Below, piece after piece: positions 46,648 through 56,568 of a DNA stretch of 64,000 nucleotides. How positions within the stretch are numbered: position 1 is the stretch's first letter; each line of letters begins with the position of its first letter. Below the pieces are notes generated by a model. It was not told the DNA's origin. It saw only the letters and a list, made by a program, of their open reading frames with translations, and searched no databases. Position numbers and translations under genes: made by a program. This DNA comes from Candidatus Marinacidobacterales bacterium. Lineage in GTDB: Bacteria > Acidobacteriota > Vicinamibacteria > Marinacidobacterales > DATDRI01. Location of the stretch: the NCBI GenBank assembly GCA_965219415.1, contig CBDCNP010000002.1:4000001-4064000 (forward strand), read 5' to 3'.

Positions 46648-47885
46648 CTCGGATCGGGTCGGCGGCGCGTGGCCAGAATCCCCATGAGGCCGACCGCCAT
46701 CAACAGCAAGACCATCAACGCCGCGAGCATGGCCCGGTACGAACCCATCCAGTCGAAAGCGAATCCCATGATAGCCGGGCCGCTCATCCAGCCGACGACG
46801 TTGATCGCAATGACGACCCCGTAGATCTCTCCGAACGTTTTCAGCCCGAAAAACCGCGTCACCAAGTAAGGGATCGCGGTGTCGGCACTAGCCGCGAAGC
46901 CGATGACGAATGCCGCTAGGAACGCGAGCGCTCCACTGACCTCGTTCCAAAGGAGAAAGACGCCCACGAGAGCGAGCGCGAAAAACGTCATCGCGACCCG
47001 CGGTGCGAAGAACCGATCGATCAAGTAGCCGACGGTGATGCGCCCCACCATTGCCGCTCCACCTAGGACGGAGGTCGCCAAGGCCGCGATCTGGGCGGTG
47101 ACCCCTCGGTCGGTCAACATCGGAACCAAGTGGGTCATGCAACCCACGATCGCGGTCGACGCGAGCAGGAAGGGGGTCACGATGAGCCAGAAAGTTGGGC
47201 TGCGGATCGCCTCTCGCCAACTCATCGCCGCCTGAGACTCTTCGGTTGGTTTCGTCGGTGTCGATTCGGTAGGTGGCTGGCCGTCGGGCGTGAAGCCCAT
47301 CGACTCCGGGTTGTTGCGTAGCAGAAGGGCCACGATGGGGATGCCGATGACCACCGGCATCAACCCGAGGACCGCATACGTCTGCCGCCAGCCGACCGCG
47401 TCGACCAGGAACTGCGCCAGTGAGGGCATCGCAAAGGCGCTCAACCCGTTGCCGGTGAGTGCGAGCCCGATCGCGAGCCCGCGGCGTTTGTTGAACCATC
47501 GGCCGAGTACTCCCATGTAGGCGATGGACGTGGTGCCGCCGGCGACCACTCCCATGATCAAGAACACGGCGTAAAAGTGCGCGAGCTTCGAGGTCAGCAT
47601 TGATAGGGACGCGAAGCTCAGCCCGAAAATGAGCAACGCGGGGAGGATGACTCTGCGGGCACCGAACCGGTCGAGAATACGGCCGACGAACGGCTGCGCC
47701 GCCGCGAACGCGAACATCGATAGAGAAAAGGCCAGCGAGATCTGGCCGCGGGTCCAATCGAACTCGCCGCTCAACTGGACGAGGAAGACACCGAATGTAT
47801 AGGTTGTGATGGGATTGCCCGACACGAAGAGGCCGACCGCCGCGGCGAGGACGATCCACCAACCGTAGAAGGTCTTCCCGCTCAT
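46644..47885 (-). CDS. MFS transporter, paralog of 4720..6024
   Basis: FYGWWIV, GRILDRFGAR, WFNKRRGLA, shared MTHLVPMLTDRGV. Confidence 0.9.
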   Translation of the reverse strand: MSGKTFYGWWIVLAAAVGLFVSGNPITTYTFGVFLVQLSGEFDWTRGQISLAFSLSMFAFAAAQPFVGRILDRFGARRVILPALLIFGLSFASLSMLTSKLAHFYAVFLIMGVVAGGTTSIAYMGVLGRWFNKRRGLAIGLALTGNGLSAFAMPSLAQFLVDAVGWRQTYAVLGLMPVVIGIPIVALLLRNNPESMGFTPDGQPPTESTPTKPTEESQAAMSWREAIRSPTFWLIVTPFLLASTAIVGCMTHLVPMLTDRGVTAQIAALATSVLGGAAMVGRITVGYLIDRFFAPRVAMTFFALALVGVFLLWNEVSGALAFLAAFVIGFAASADTAIPYLVTRFFGLKTFGEIYGVVIAINVVGWMSGPAIMGFAFDWMGSYRAMLAALMVLLLMAVGLMGILATRRRPDPS

Positions 47886-48871
47886 GTGCGGAAGTGGGGG
47901 AGGATCTCTTCGCCGGCGATTCGGATCGACTTCTCGAGGTTTTCGGCGCTGATGCCGTGGAATCCCATGAGCAGTATGAGGTGATCGGGGTGGTAGCGAT
48001 CCCGATAGCTCTCAATCTTGCGGATGCAGGCCTCGGGGTCGCCGATGATCGAGGCTTCGCGCGCGTTGTCGAGCGCGGTGGTGTTGATGACGTCTTCTCC
48101 TTTGAGAATCCCCCAATCGCGCTTTCTCTGGAAGTGTGCCCCGAGGAGCTCCTCCACCGCTTGCGTTTCCTTCGGGTCGTGGCTGGTATGAAAGGCCCTC
48201 ATCATGGCGATGGTTCCCTTCGTGCGGTAGGTGTCGACGGATTCTCGGAAGAGGCCGAATCGAGTTTCTAAGAGAGAACCGAAGACCTCGGGCGGAATGA
48301 TCCAGCCGTCGGAGAGTCGCCCCGCCCTCTTGACGGCTCGCAGCGCATAGGCTCCGATTAGGATCGGTGGCCTTGGTTTCTGGGTTGGCGCGGGGTTGAT
48401 AGTGGCGTTTTCGATCTTGAAGTGGCTACCCGCGTAGTTGGCCGGCGCTTCCTCCCAGAGGTGTCGGATGACTTCGATCGATTCCTCGAAGCGCTCGATG
48501 ACGTCTTCTTTACGAATGCCGGCGGCCGCGAACTCTTCGTCGCGATAGCCGAGCCCCGCTCCCAGGATGAAGCCGCCTTCGGTCATCGCATCTATCGTGG
48601 CTCCATGCTCGGCAACGTCCACCGGATTCAACATGGGAAGAAGGATCACCGAGGTCCCCATTTGCATTCCAGGAGCCGCCGCCGCGGCGCGTGCCGCGAG
48701 GGTGAGTGGCTGAAACAAGCAGAAGCGATCGGCCATGAAGTGTTGTCCCGACCAGAACGAGCGAAAACCATGCTTCGAAGCCAGCTCGATGAGTCCGAGA
48801 AAGCCCTTGATGGCGGTGGCGGGGAGTGCGCCTAGAACGGCGGGCTGCGAGAACTGAATACCGAAATCCAT
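47882..48871 (-). CDS. LLM class flavin-dependent oxidoreductase
   Basis: ATG at 48871 with GAGG RBS; MDFG, WSGQHF, NPVDVAE..D, GAGLGYRDEEF, PTQKPRPPILIG. Confidence 0.88.
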   Translation of the reverse strand: MDFGIQFSQPAVLGALPATAIKGFLGLIELASKHGFRSFWSGQHFMADRFCLFQPLTLAARAAAAAPGMQMGTSVILLPMLNPVDVAEHGATIDAMTEGGFILGAGLGYRDEEFAAAGIRKEDVIERFEESIEVIRHLWEEAPANYAGSHFKIENATINPAPTQKPRPPILIGAYALRAVKRAGRLSDGWIIPPEVFGSLLETRFGLFRESVDTYRTKGTIAMMRAFHTSHDPKETQAVEELLGAHFQRKRDWGILKGEDVINTTALDNAREASIIGDPEACIRKIESYRDRYHPDHLILLMGFHGISAENLEKSIRIAGEEILPHFRT

Positions 48872-48882
48872 TGTGACCTCTC

Positions 48883-50289
48883 TTAGAAGAACGAGCGGAG
48901 GTAGTCGTAAACGGAAGTCACCCCCGCGCCGAACAACAGGATGGCGGCAACCCAGAGCGCGACCTTGAGTGCGCCGCCCATTTTGAATGCGCCGGGCAAG
49001 AAGCGGTGGTCCACCCACAACATCGTGAAGCACCACAAGCCCGCCGCGAGGAGGCCCCCGAGAAGCACGGAGGGCGTGAGGATGGCGACCGGATCCCAAC
49101 CGGTCCAAATGAGGAGCACGCCGCTGGTGACGGCGTAGATGACAACAAAGAGCCGGAACGTTCGGAGCGGAGTCGCCGCCAACTTCGGGGTCGTCACTCG
49201 CCCGCATTCGAATAACGCACGCGTGTGAAGCTCGATGGCTCCATAGATGGTGCCGAAGAAGACCATGATGATTCCGATGACGTAAAGGGGGAACAAAGAC
49301 GGATGAAGCTCCGTCAAGAAGCGAGCTTGTACGGTCAGTAGGGCCGGCCCCGCCGGCACCGCGTGTTCGGGTGCGAGAAGCACCGCACCGAGCACCAAGA
49401 AGACGATGGTGAAGAGGGTAACGAATGCAAAGGAGACCAGCGTGTCCAAACGCGGCGCTCGCAGCCAATGGAGGCCCTTGGCGATTTCCTCGTCGGCTGG
49501 AGACGGAGGATTCTCGATCGGTGTGCCGGAAGAGGTCGGGCTCGCGAGTCCCCAGCGTTTATCGCGGATGAAGCTCAAGTAGGCGGTGTAATCGACCGCG
49601 TTACCACCGATGATCCCCGCGGCGGTCATGATCTCGACCCAAGGGGGTCGCGCGGCAATAGCGGGGTAGCTTTCTCGAATCCAGTCCGGGTAGTCGGGCA
49701 GAGAGATAACAAAGATGCCCTCGAGGATGGCCCAGACGTCCGGCCGGACGGCTAGAAAGGCCGCCACGATGAAGGCAGCGAACAAGAACGAGATGGCGGT
49801 CATCGTCCACTCGAGCGCTCGATAGGAGCTTCGGAGTGCCAAGATCGCACAGCCGACCAGAATCAGACTCGCCAACAGGCTCACAGTGTCGTCGTATCGT
49901 GGCGTGTCGACCTTGAACAAGGACGCGATGAGGGTGGCCAGGAATTTCGGAAGGGCGGAGAACATGCTGGGAATGGTGATCAAACTGACGATGATCATGA
50001 GGATGGGAAACCAAGCTCGCGGCCCTCTCATACGTACCCAGTAATCCACCGGATGGAGCCCGGTCAGGGTCATGACCCGCATCGTGGTATAGACCTGGAT
50101 TCCCTTCAGCACGCCGCCCAGAACGAAGCACCACAAAAGCGCGTAGCCGAAGATCGCGCCTCCTCGCGAAGCGAAGACCGTCTCGCCGCCACCGATGGTG
50201 ACCGATGCGACGATGGCGCCCGGGCCGTAGAACTTGAGGTGTCGGAAGGGGTTCTTGGAGAGGAGTGCCCGGGGAACGTCGGGAAACAT
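48883..50289 (-). CDS. Nramp-like (APC superfamily) transporter
   Basis: GPGAIVASVTIGGGE..GAIFGYALLW; about 11 transmembrane segments. Confidence 0.82.
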   Translation of the reverse strand: MFPDVPRALLSKNPFRHLKFYGPGAIVASVTIGGGETVFASRGGAIFGYALLWCFVLGGVLKGIQVYTTMRVMTLTGLHPVDYWVRMRGPRAWFPILMIIVSLITIPSMFSALPKFLATLIASLFKVDTPRYDDTVSLLASLILVGCAILALRSSYRALEWTMTAISFLFAAFIVAAFLAVRPDVWAILEGIFVISLPDYPDWIRESYPAIAARPPWVEIMTAAGIIGGNAVDYTAYLSFIRDKRWGLASPTSSGTPIENPPSPADEEIAKGLHWLRAPRLDTLVSFAFVTLFTIVFLVLGAVLLAPEHAVPAGPALLTVQARFLTELHPSLFPLYVIGIIMVFFGTIYGAIELHTRALFECGRVTTPKLAATPLRTFRLFVVIYAVTSGVLLIWTGWDPVAILTPSVLLGGLLAAGLWCFTMLWVDHRFLPGAFKMGGALKVALWVAAILLFGAGVTSVYDYLRSFF

Positions 50290-50381
50290 CTGACCTCTTT
50301 AACAGATTCCAAAAGCCAAGTCCACAAAACGAGAATCGATATAAGATACGGACGCCGAAACCGGTTAATAGGAGGTTGATC

Positions 50382-52562
50382 ATGGGTCGCCTGCAGAGCC
50401 TGCAAAGATTGCGGAGATTGATGTTCCTGAGTATGGCGTTCGCGGTGGTGGCGGGGTCGCTGCCGGCTGAAGAGCTCACCATCGAGCGCATCACCTCGCC
50501 GCCCTACTTGAGTGGTACCTCGCCGGTGCGGCCCACCTGGTCGCCCGATGGGTCGCAGCTCGCGTTCCTGTGGAACGATAAGGCGCAGGCGGCGCGGGAT
50601 GTCTGGGTGGTGGGAGCTGTCGAAGGCCCGCCGCGGCAGGTGACCGATTTCGGGAACGCCGGTGTGTCAGAAGTCGTCTGGACGCCGAACGGGAAGCGTC
50701 TCATGGTGGTCTCGGGCGGCAGCCTCTACCGGATCGATCAGGACGGGACGGGGCTCACCGACCTTGGGGCTTCGGGTCGCTCTGTCATGTTCTCACCGGA
50801 CGGCAAGTTCCTGTCCTTCATCAAGGACGGTGACCTTTGGCTGTGGAATGAGAACCATGAGCTCGTTCGTGCGACGCGTCTGGCGAAGCCCAAGATTGGG
50901 AACTCGATCCTGAACACCTGTTGCGGGTCGGGTTTTTCTCGCCCCGACGTCGAGGTGAGCGGTTACCGGTGGTCGCCCGATGGCCGCTATATTGCACTCC
51001 GGATCGATGACCGGAGCCGGATGCGGGAGATCCTCATTCCCAACTACTTGGGGGAGGAAACGGTCGCCGATCGCGTCCGCCGTGACTACCCGGGAGACAA
51101 CGATCACTCCCGCGAGCTGGCCATTTACTCCGCTCGGAGCGGTAAGCTACGCAAGGTCGAGCTGCCCGACGACACCGATCGCGGCGTCGCCAACTTCAGG
51201 TGGTCGCCCGATGGCAATCACCTTCTCGTCGATCAGTACCCGCAAAACGCCGAAGATCGCTGGCTCTTCCTCGCCAACCCCGAAGATGGGTCTCTTCGAG
51301 AGCTCTGGCACGATCACCGGGCGACGCGCGTTTCATCGGCCTGGAACTCCACGTGGCGGAGCGATGGTGAGGGGATCGTTTTCATCTCCGACAAAGATGG
51401 TCGGCATCATTTGTATTCGCTCGGCCTTGAGGGTGGTTCAGCGAAACGGCTCACCGACGGCGAATGGAGTGTGGTGGGAGAATCCGGTGCGGCCTTCCTG
51501 TGGACATCCCCTCGCACCAAGGAAGTTTTCTTTGTCTCCACTCAGGAGAGCCTGTATGAGCGGCACGTCTACCGGATGAACGAGAATGGAGGAAGCATCC
51601 GGAAGATCACCTCGACTCCCGGTGTCCATCATCCCTATCCGTCTCCCGACGGCTCGAAAGTGGCGGTTCTCCACTCGAACGACCTAATGCCGACCGAGCT
51701 TTATATCGCCGACTCGGAAGGTGGCTCGGAGCGCCGCATCACGAATTCCCCTCCCGCGGAGTTCGCTAAATACGACTGGGTCGAGCCCCGGTACGTTACC
51801 TTCAAGAGCCACTTGGACGGTGTGACGCTTCATGGTCGTCTCCTCGAGCCGCCCAACTTGGACAAGTCGAAGAAGCACCCTGTCATCTTCGGGCCGGTCT
51901 ATCCCAATTCGGTGCGCAAGCGATGGGGGGACAAACAAATCTTCCGCGGACTGTACAGCTTGATCCAACAGTATTTCGTGCTCGAGGGGGGCTACATCGT
52001 CTTCCAAGTCGACACCCGCGGTAGCTACGGGCACGGCAGGCCGTTTCGGGAAGCGCTCATCCGGGACTATGGCGGCATCGACATCGAAGATCTGTATAGC
52101 GGTCTCGAGTATCTGACGACGTTGCCCTACGCGGACACCGAGCGTGTCGGCATGTGGGGGAGTAGTTATGGCGGTTTGATGACCGCGATGAGCCTCTTCA
52201 AAAAACCCGGCGTCTACAAGGCCGGCGTTGCCAGTGCTCCCGCCACCAACGTGTGGCATGCCATGACCGGCCAAGTGAATGTCGCCGGGCGACCGAACAC
52301 CCACCCCGAGGTCTACAAAAAGGTCTCTGCCTACAGTTACGGCGAGGATCTAGAAGATCACCTGATGATCATTCATGGGATGGGGGACAGTGTCGTGTTG
52401 TTCAAGGACTCGATCGCGCTCGCCGAGAAGCTGATGCAGCTAGGGAAGGACTTCGAGTTCGTGGTGATACCGAACTCCCCCCACGAATGGACGGTCAAGG
52501 ACTACAACGCGCGGTTTGGCATGACGCGATTAGCCGAACACTTCGACCGTTACCTAAAGTAA
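50382..52562 (+). CDS. S9 family peptidase (DPP IV-like), paralog of 11645..13987
   Basis: ATG at 50382 after AGGAGG; GMWGSSYGG, HGMGD, SPHEW; shared NTCCG and GQVNVAGRPNTHPEVY. Confidence 0.92.
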   Translation: MGRLQSLQRLRRLMFLSMAFAVVAGSLPAEELTIERITSPPYLSGTSPVRPTWSPDGSQLAFLWNDKAQAARDVWVVGAVEGPPRQVTDFGNAGVSEVVWTPNGKRLMVVSGGSLYRIDQDGTGLTDLGASGRSVMFSPDGKFLSFIKDGDLWLWNENHELVRATRLAKPKIGNSILNTCCGSGFSRPDVEVSGYRWSPDGRYIALRIDDRSRMREILIPNYLGEETVADRVRRDYPGDNDHSRELAIYSARSGKLRKVELPDDTDRGVANFRWSPDGNHLLVDQYPQNAEDRWLFLANPEDGSLRELWHDHRATRVSSAWNSTWRSDGEGIVFISDKDGRHHLYSLGLEGGSAKRLTDGEWSVVGESGAAFLWTSPRTKEVFFVSTQESLYERHVYRMNENGGSIRKITSTPGVHHPYPSPDGSKVAVLHSNDLMPTELYIADSEGGSERRITNSPPAEFAKYDWVEPRYVTFKSHLDGVTLHGRLLEPPNLDKSKKHPVIFGPVYPNSVRKRWGDKQIFRGLYSLIQQYFVLEGGYIVFQVDTRGSYGHGRPFREALIRDYGGIDIEDLYSGLEYLTTLPYADTERVGMWGSSYGGLMTAMSLFKKPGVYKAGVASAPATNVWHAMTGQVNVAGRPNTHPEVYKKVSAYSYGEDLEDHLMIIHGMGDSVVLFKDSIALAEKLMQLGKDFEFVVIPNSPHEWTVKDYNARFGMTRLAEHFDRYLK

Positions 52563-52563
52563 C

Positions 52564-52650
52564 GGGGGTCAGATCCAAAAATATAACAGAAAATATAACA
52601 GGGGTCTGATCCAAAAGTGTGCACCATGCACGTTTTTGGATCAGACCCCC
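52564..52650. repeat. REP-like repeat cluster and probable bidirectional terminator
   Basis: GGGGTCTGATCCAAAA (52601-16) and TTTTGGATCAGACCCC (52634-49) close a ~23-bp stem. A third arm lies at 52565-80, with tandem AAAATATAACAG x2. Located between convergent genes. Confidence 0.75.
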
Positions 52651-52671
52651 GGTTATTTGCTTTGAAAGCAG

Positions 52672-54396
52672 CTACTTACTTCTGAGCTTCTGGGTGGCTT
52701 CGGGGTCCACTCGAAGGTCCTCCCCCGTCAGCACAACGCCGTATGTGTCTTCTGCGGCTTGGCGGCTCACGTAGCCATTCATCGCGTCCACGCGGACGAG
52801 CTCCGGGTCCCGCTCGAGCGGATTGCCGAAACCTCCTCCACCACCGGTCTCGCAGACGAGCCGCCCGCCCTTCTTGACTGGCATCTGCTCGATCTTCAAG
52901 ACCTTCTCGGTCTCGTCCGAATCGGGATGGTGAACGGTGACGTTGGGCTTGGAGCCATCTTCCCCTTCGAAGAGTCCCCAGGAGGGGGTGTGAGCGCGGT
53001 CGAAGTGGAGCGTCACGCGGGAGTCGGTCAGCAATTCGTACTCCTTGACGACGTTCAATCCCCCGCGGTGCTGACCCGGACCCCCGGTGTCCGGTCCCAG
53101 ACCGAAGCTCTTGATCCGGATCGGGAAGCGGCCCTCGAGGGACTCGACCGGGATGTTGCGGAAGTCCCCCGCGGCGGAGTGGATGATCGCGCTCTCCCCA
53201 TCGGTCTTAGAGCTGGCTCCCCAACCTCCGTCCAGCGCCTCGGTGCTGCAGTAGAATTCCCGGCTTCCGGGACGCTCTCCCATGATCAACACATTCCACG
53301 AATCACCCGGGAGTCCGGCGGCCGCGTTCTCCGGCATGACGGGTGCTAGTGCCTTGATAATGAGATCCAGCATCAACATGCCCGGGTGGGGATGCATGCA
53401 GGCGGCCGGTTGCTCGGCGGCAAAGACCGAGCCCGGCTCGGAGATGACTTCGAGCGGGATGAAGCTCCCGTGGTTCACCTCGGGATGAGGATCGGGGTAA
53501 AGGAAGGCGAGACCGAGTCTAGCCGCGGAGACGGTGTTGGCGAAACCGCAGTTGATATTGCCGGCGCGCTGCTTGCTGGAGCCGGTGGTATCGATCGTCA
53601 TTTCGTCGCCCGCCACCGTCACCTTGACCTTCACCGGTACGGGGTCCTTGGTGATGAAATCGTCGTCGGCGTAACCTTCGGCTTTGTAGACTCCGTCGGG
53701 AATGCCGGCGATGAACTTTCGGTACTTTGCCTCGGTGGCGTCGAAAATACTCTGGGTGCAGGCCCGTAGTGTCTCTAGACCAAACCGATCGATGAGCTCG
53801 CGGTAGCGTTTCTCACCCATGCGTGCCGCCGATACCTGCGCATTCAGGTCCCCCCTGAGAGTCTTGGGCCGCCGGCTGTTGAGAAGTAGGATGTCGAGCA
53901 CGTCTTGCACATATTCGCCTTGCGACATGATGCGGGTCGCGCCCCAACGCACGCCTTCTTGATAAATCTCGGTCGTGTTCACCGGGAATCCAGGCTCCGC
54001 GGTACCGATGTCGATCCAATGGGCGCGGATCGCGGCAAAGCCGATGAGCTCGCCCTTGTACGTCAAGACGCTGACCACATCGACGTCGTTCAAGTGACCA
54101 CCGGTGATGTAACTGTCGTTCACCGTGAAGACATCCCCCTCGTGCAGGTCTTCGAGTCCGTACTTTTCGATCACCGCTTTAGCGCCGGAATCGAGCCCGC
54201 CGATGAAGAATGGATGCCCCGGAGCCTGACCGAGTGTCTCGACCCGCTCGTTGAAGAGCCCGACCCCGTAGTCGTGGCATTCGTAGATCACCGGCGAGAA
54301 GGCGCTTCGTCCGAGAACGGTGCTCATGTCCTCGGCGGTCGCGTTATAGCCGTTGCGGATGACCTCGGTGGTGATGGGATCAATGCGCGCACTCAT
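52672..54396 (-). CDS. hyuB: Hydantoinase B / oxoprolinase family protein
   Basis: SAFSPVIYE..D, NDSY..GGHLND, AHWIDIG, EIYQEG, GGGGGFGNP..RDP. Symbol is family-level. Confidence 0.9.
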   Translation of the reverse strand: MSARIDPITTEVIRNGYNATAEDMSTVLGRSAFSPVIYECHDYGVGLFNERVETLGQAPGHPFFIGGLDSGAKAVIEKYGLEDLHEGDVFTVNDSYITGGHLNDVDVVSVLTYKGELIGFAAIRAHWIDIGTAEPGFPVNTTEIYQEGVRWGATRIMSQGEYVQDVLDILLLNSRRPKTLRGDLNAQVSAARMGEKRYRELIDRFGLETLRACTQSIFDATEAKYRKFIAGIPDGVYKAEGYADDDFITKDPVPVKVKVTVAGDEMTIDTTGSSKQRAGNINCGFANTVSAARLGLAFLYPDPHPEVNHGSFIPLEVISEPGSVFAAEQPAACMHPHPGMLMLDLIIKALAPVMPENAAAGLPGDSWNVLIMGERPGSREFYCSTEALDGGWGASSKTDGESAIIHSAAGDFRNIPVESLEGRFPIRIKSFGLGPDTGGPGQHRGGLNVVKEYELLTDSRVTLHFDRAHTPSWGLFEGEDGSKPNVTVHHPDSDETEKVLKIEQMPVKKGGRLVCETGGGGGFGNPLERDPELVRVDAMNGYVSRQAAEDTYGVVLTGEDLRVDPEATQKLRSK

Positions 54397-56441
54397 GGCG
54401 TTTTCTCCTTGCGTTCGATGACGAGGTTCCAGTGATCGTCCATGCTGAGCCGAAAGTCGGGCGGTACGACCGTGGTGCAGGATTGCTCTTCCACGATGAC
54501 CGGGCCGTCCTCGGCGTCTCCCGGCTTCAGGCTCCCGCGCTGAACGAACTTCGTTTCGACCGGCTCCTCGTCAAAAATCACCGAGCGCGTGACCGCGGTG
54601 CCGCTCGAGCCGTCCTCGGAGACCACGCCCTTCGACTCTGCCCCTTCGCCGGCGTGAAGAAACCCATGCGCCTCGACACGAAGGTTCACCAGTTCGATCT
54701 CCTCCGCCAGGTTCTTGTGTCCGTAGGCGCGCCCGTAGAGCTCGTCGAAGAGCTTCTTGAGGTTGGGGGCCGCTTTCTTCTCGAGAACGAGCCCCTCGGG
54801 GAGCGGTACATTAATGAAGTACTCTTGGCCGACGTAGCGCATGTCGAGGGAACGCACGAATTTCATGTCGTCCGGTGGAATCTCCTCCGCGGCGAGCACC
54901 AGTCCCAGATCCTTCTCGAGCTTGTTGAAGCGGCCCTCCAAATCCTTCCAATCCAGCTTGCTCATGGGCTCGATGAAGGTTTGCGAAACGTCGTGCCGCA
55001 GATCCGTCTTCAGCATTCCCCAGGCCGAGAAGGCGCCGGCGACGTTCGGGACCAGCACCCGCGAGACACCGAGCTCGCGCGCGATGAGCGCGGCATGCAT
55101 CGGGCCCGCCCCGCCAAAGGCGACCAAAGCGAAACTCCGTGGATCGATGCCTTTGCTGATAGTCACCGTTCGAATGGCGTTGGCCATCTGGGCATTCACG
55201 ACATCGATCATGCCTTCCGCCATTTTCTCGGTGCTCAGCCCGAATTGGTCTCCGAGCTTTTTCACGACTTCCTGAGAGTGATCGGGTAGGAGCTCGACCT
55301 CGCCGGCCAGTGAAGTTTCCGGATTGATCCGACCCAACACGAGATTAGCATCGGTGACGGTGGGCACTTCGCCACCCCGCCCGTAACAAGCCGGTCCCGG
55401 TACCGCCCCGGCACTTTGGGGCCCGACGCGCAGCGCGCCGGCATCGTTCCACGCGATGCTGCCGCCTCCGGCACCGATGGTATGGAGATCCACCATAGGG
55501 GCCAGCACCGGAAAACCACCGAGGCGCTTTTCCGAGGTCACCGCCACCTGACCGTCAACGACCAAGCTCACGTCGAAGCTGGTCCCGCCCATATCCACGC
55601 AGATCAGATTCGGCTCCTCCATTTGCTTGGCCAGCGCCTTGCTGCCGACGCTGCCCCCGACCGGCCCCGACATGAGAGTGAGCACGCCGCGCGACTCGGC
55701 TTCAGCGGCTTGGATCAAGCCACCGTTGGATTGCATCAGGTAGACTTTCTTGTCGTATCCCCGTTCCTCGAGCGCCTTCCTGAGTTTGCGAAGATAGCTC
55801 TCCAAGATGGGCGAGACGTAGGCGTTCATCACGACGGTGCTCGTTCGCTCGAACTCTCGCCATTCTCGACAGACCCGATGGGACGGAGACACGAAAAGTT
55901 CCGGCCCTTGCTCACGAAAGAAATCGGAGACCACTTCCTCATGGGCCGGGTTCAAGTACGAATGGAGAAAACACACCGCAAGGGACTTGATGTCCCTCTT
56001 CTTGAGCTCGTCGAGAATCTGCGGGAGCTGCTCCTGATTGAGCGGCTGGATGACGTTGCCTGCTCCGTCCAGACGCTCTTCCACTTCGAACGTCAAATGC
56101 CGGGGTACCAGGGGCTCTGCGTTTCGGTAGTGCAGATCGTACATGCGGATACGACTACCGCGACCCATGACGTACACATCGCCGAAGCCCTTGGTGGTCA
56201 AGAGTGCGGTGCGGGCGCCCTTTCTTTCCAGAAAAGCGTTCAGCTGGGCCGTCGTGCCGTGAACGAAGGTCCGCATCTCGGAGAAGTCGTCGAGCACTTG
56301 CGACAGGGCATGAGTGACTCCCGCCGAGTAGTCCGGGGGTGTCGAGGGGACCTTGGCCATTCGCAGCTGGCCGTTTTCCTCCAGCATCACCAGGTCGGTG
56401 AAGGTGCCTCCGATGTCTACTGCGATACGACATTTGCTCAT
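54393..56441 (-). CDS. hyuA: Hydantoinase A / oxoprolinase family protein
   Basis: ATG at 56441; VDIGGTFTD, HGTT, EFERTST, SGPVGG, DMGGTSFD, GAGGGS, FGGAGP. Symbol is family-level. Confidence 0.92.
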   Translation of the reverse strand: MSKCRIAVDIGGTFTDLVMLEENGQLRMAKVPSTPPDYSAGVTHALSQVLDDFSEMRTFVHGTTAQLNAFLERKGARTALLTTKGFGDVYVMGRGSRIRMYDLHYRNAEPLVPRHLTFEVEERLDGAGNVIQPLNQEQLPQILDELKKRDIKSLAVCFLHSYLNPAHEEVVSDFFREQGPELFVSPSHRVCREWREFERTSTVVMNAYVSPILESYLRKLRKALEERGYDKKVYLMQSNGGLIQAAEAESRGVLTLMSGPVGGSVGSKALAKQMEEPNLICVDMGGTSFDVSLVVDGQVAVTSEKRLGGFPVLAPMVDLHTIGAGGGSIAWNDAGALRVGPQSAGAVPGPACYGRGGEVPTVTDANLVLGRINPETSLAGEVELLPDHSQEVVKKLGDQFGLSTEKMAEGMIDVVNAQMANAIRTVTISKGIDPRSFALVAFGGAGPMHAALIARELGVSRVLVPNVAGAFSAWGMLKTDLRHDVSQTFIEPMSKLDWKDLEGRFNKLEKDLGLVLAAEEIPPDDMKFVRSLDMRYVGQEYFINVPLPEGLVLEKKAAPNLKKLFDELYGRAYGHKNLAEEIELVNLRVEAHGFLHAGEGAESKGVVSEDGSSGTAVTRSVIFDEEPVETKFVQRGSLKPGDAEDGPVIVEEQSCTTVVPPDFRLSMDDHWNLVIERKEKTP

Positions 56442-56568
56442 GGTCTCGTCCCTGCGCTCGGTCGGAATGGATTCACCGCGTCGATCTGATAATCTAAGCC
56501 GCCGACCCGGAGGCGATCGTACTCGATCCCCGAGGACGTGTCGACGTTCAAGGGTCAGGGCGCAAAGG

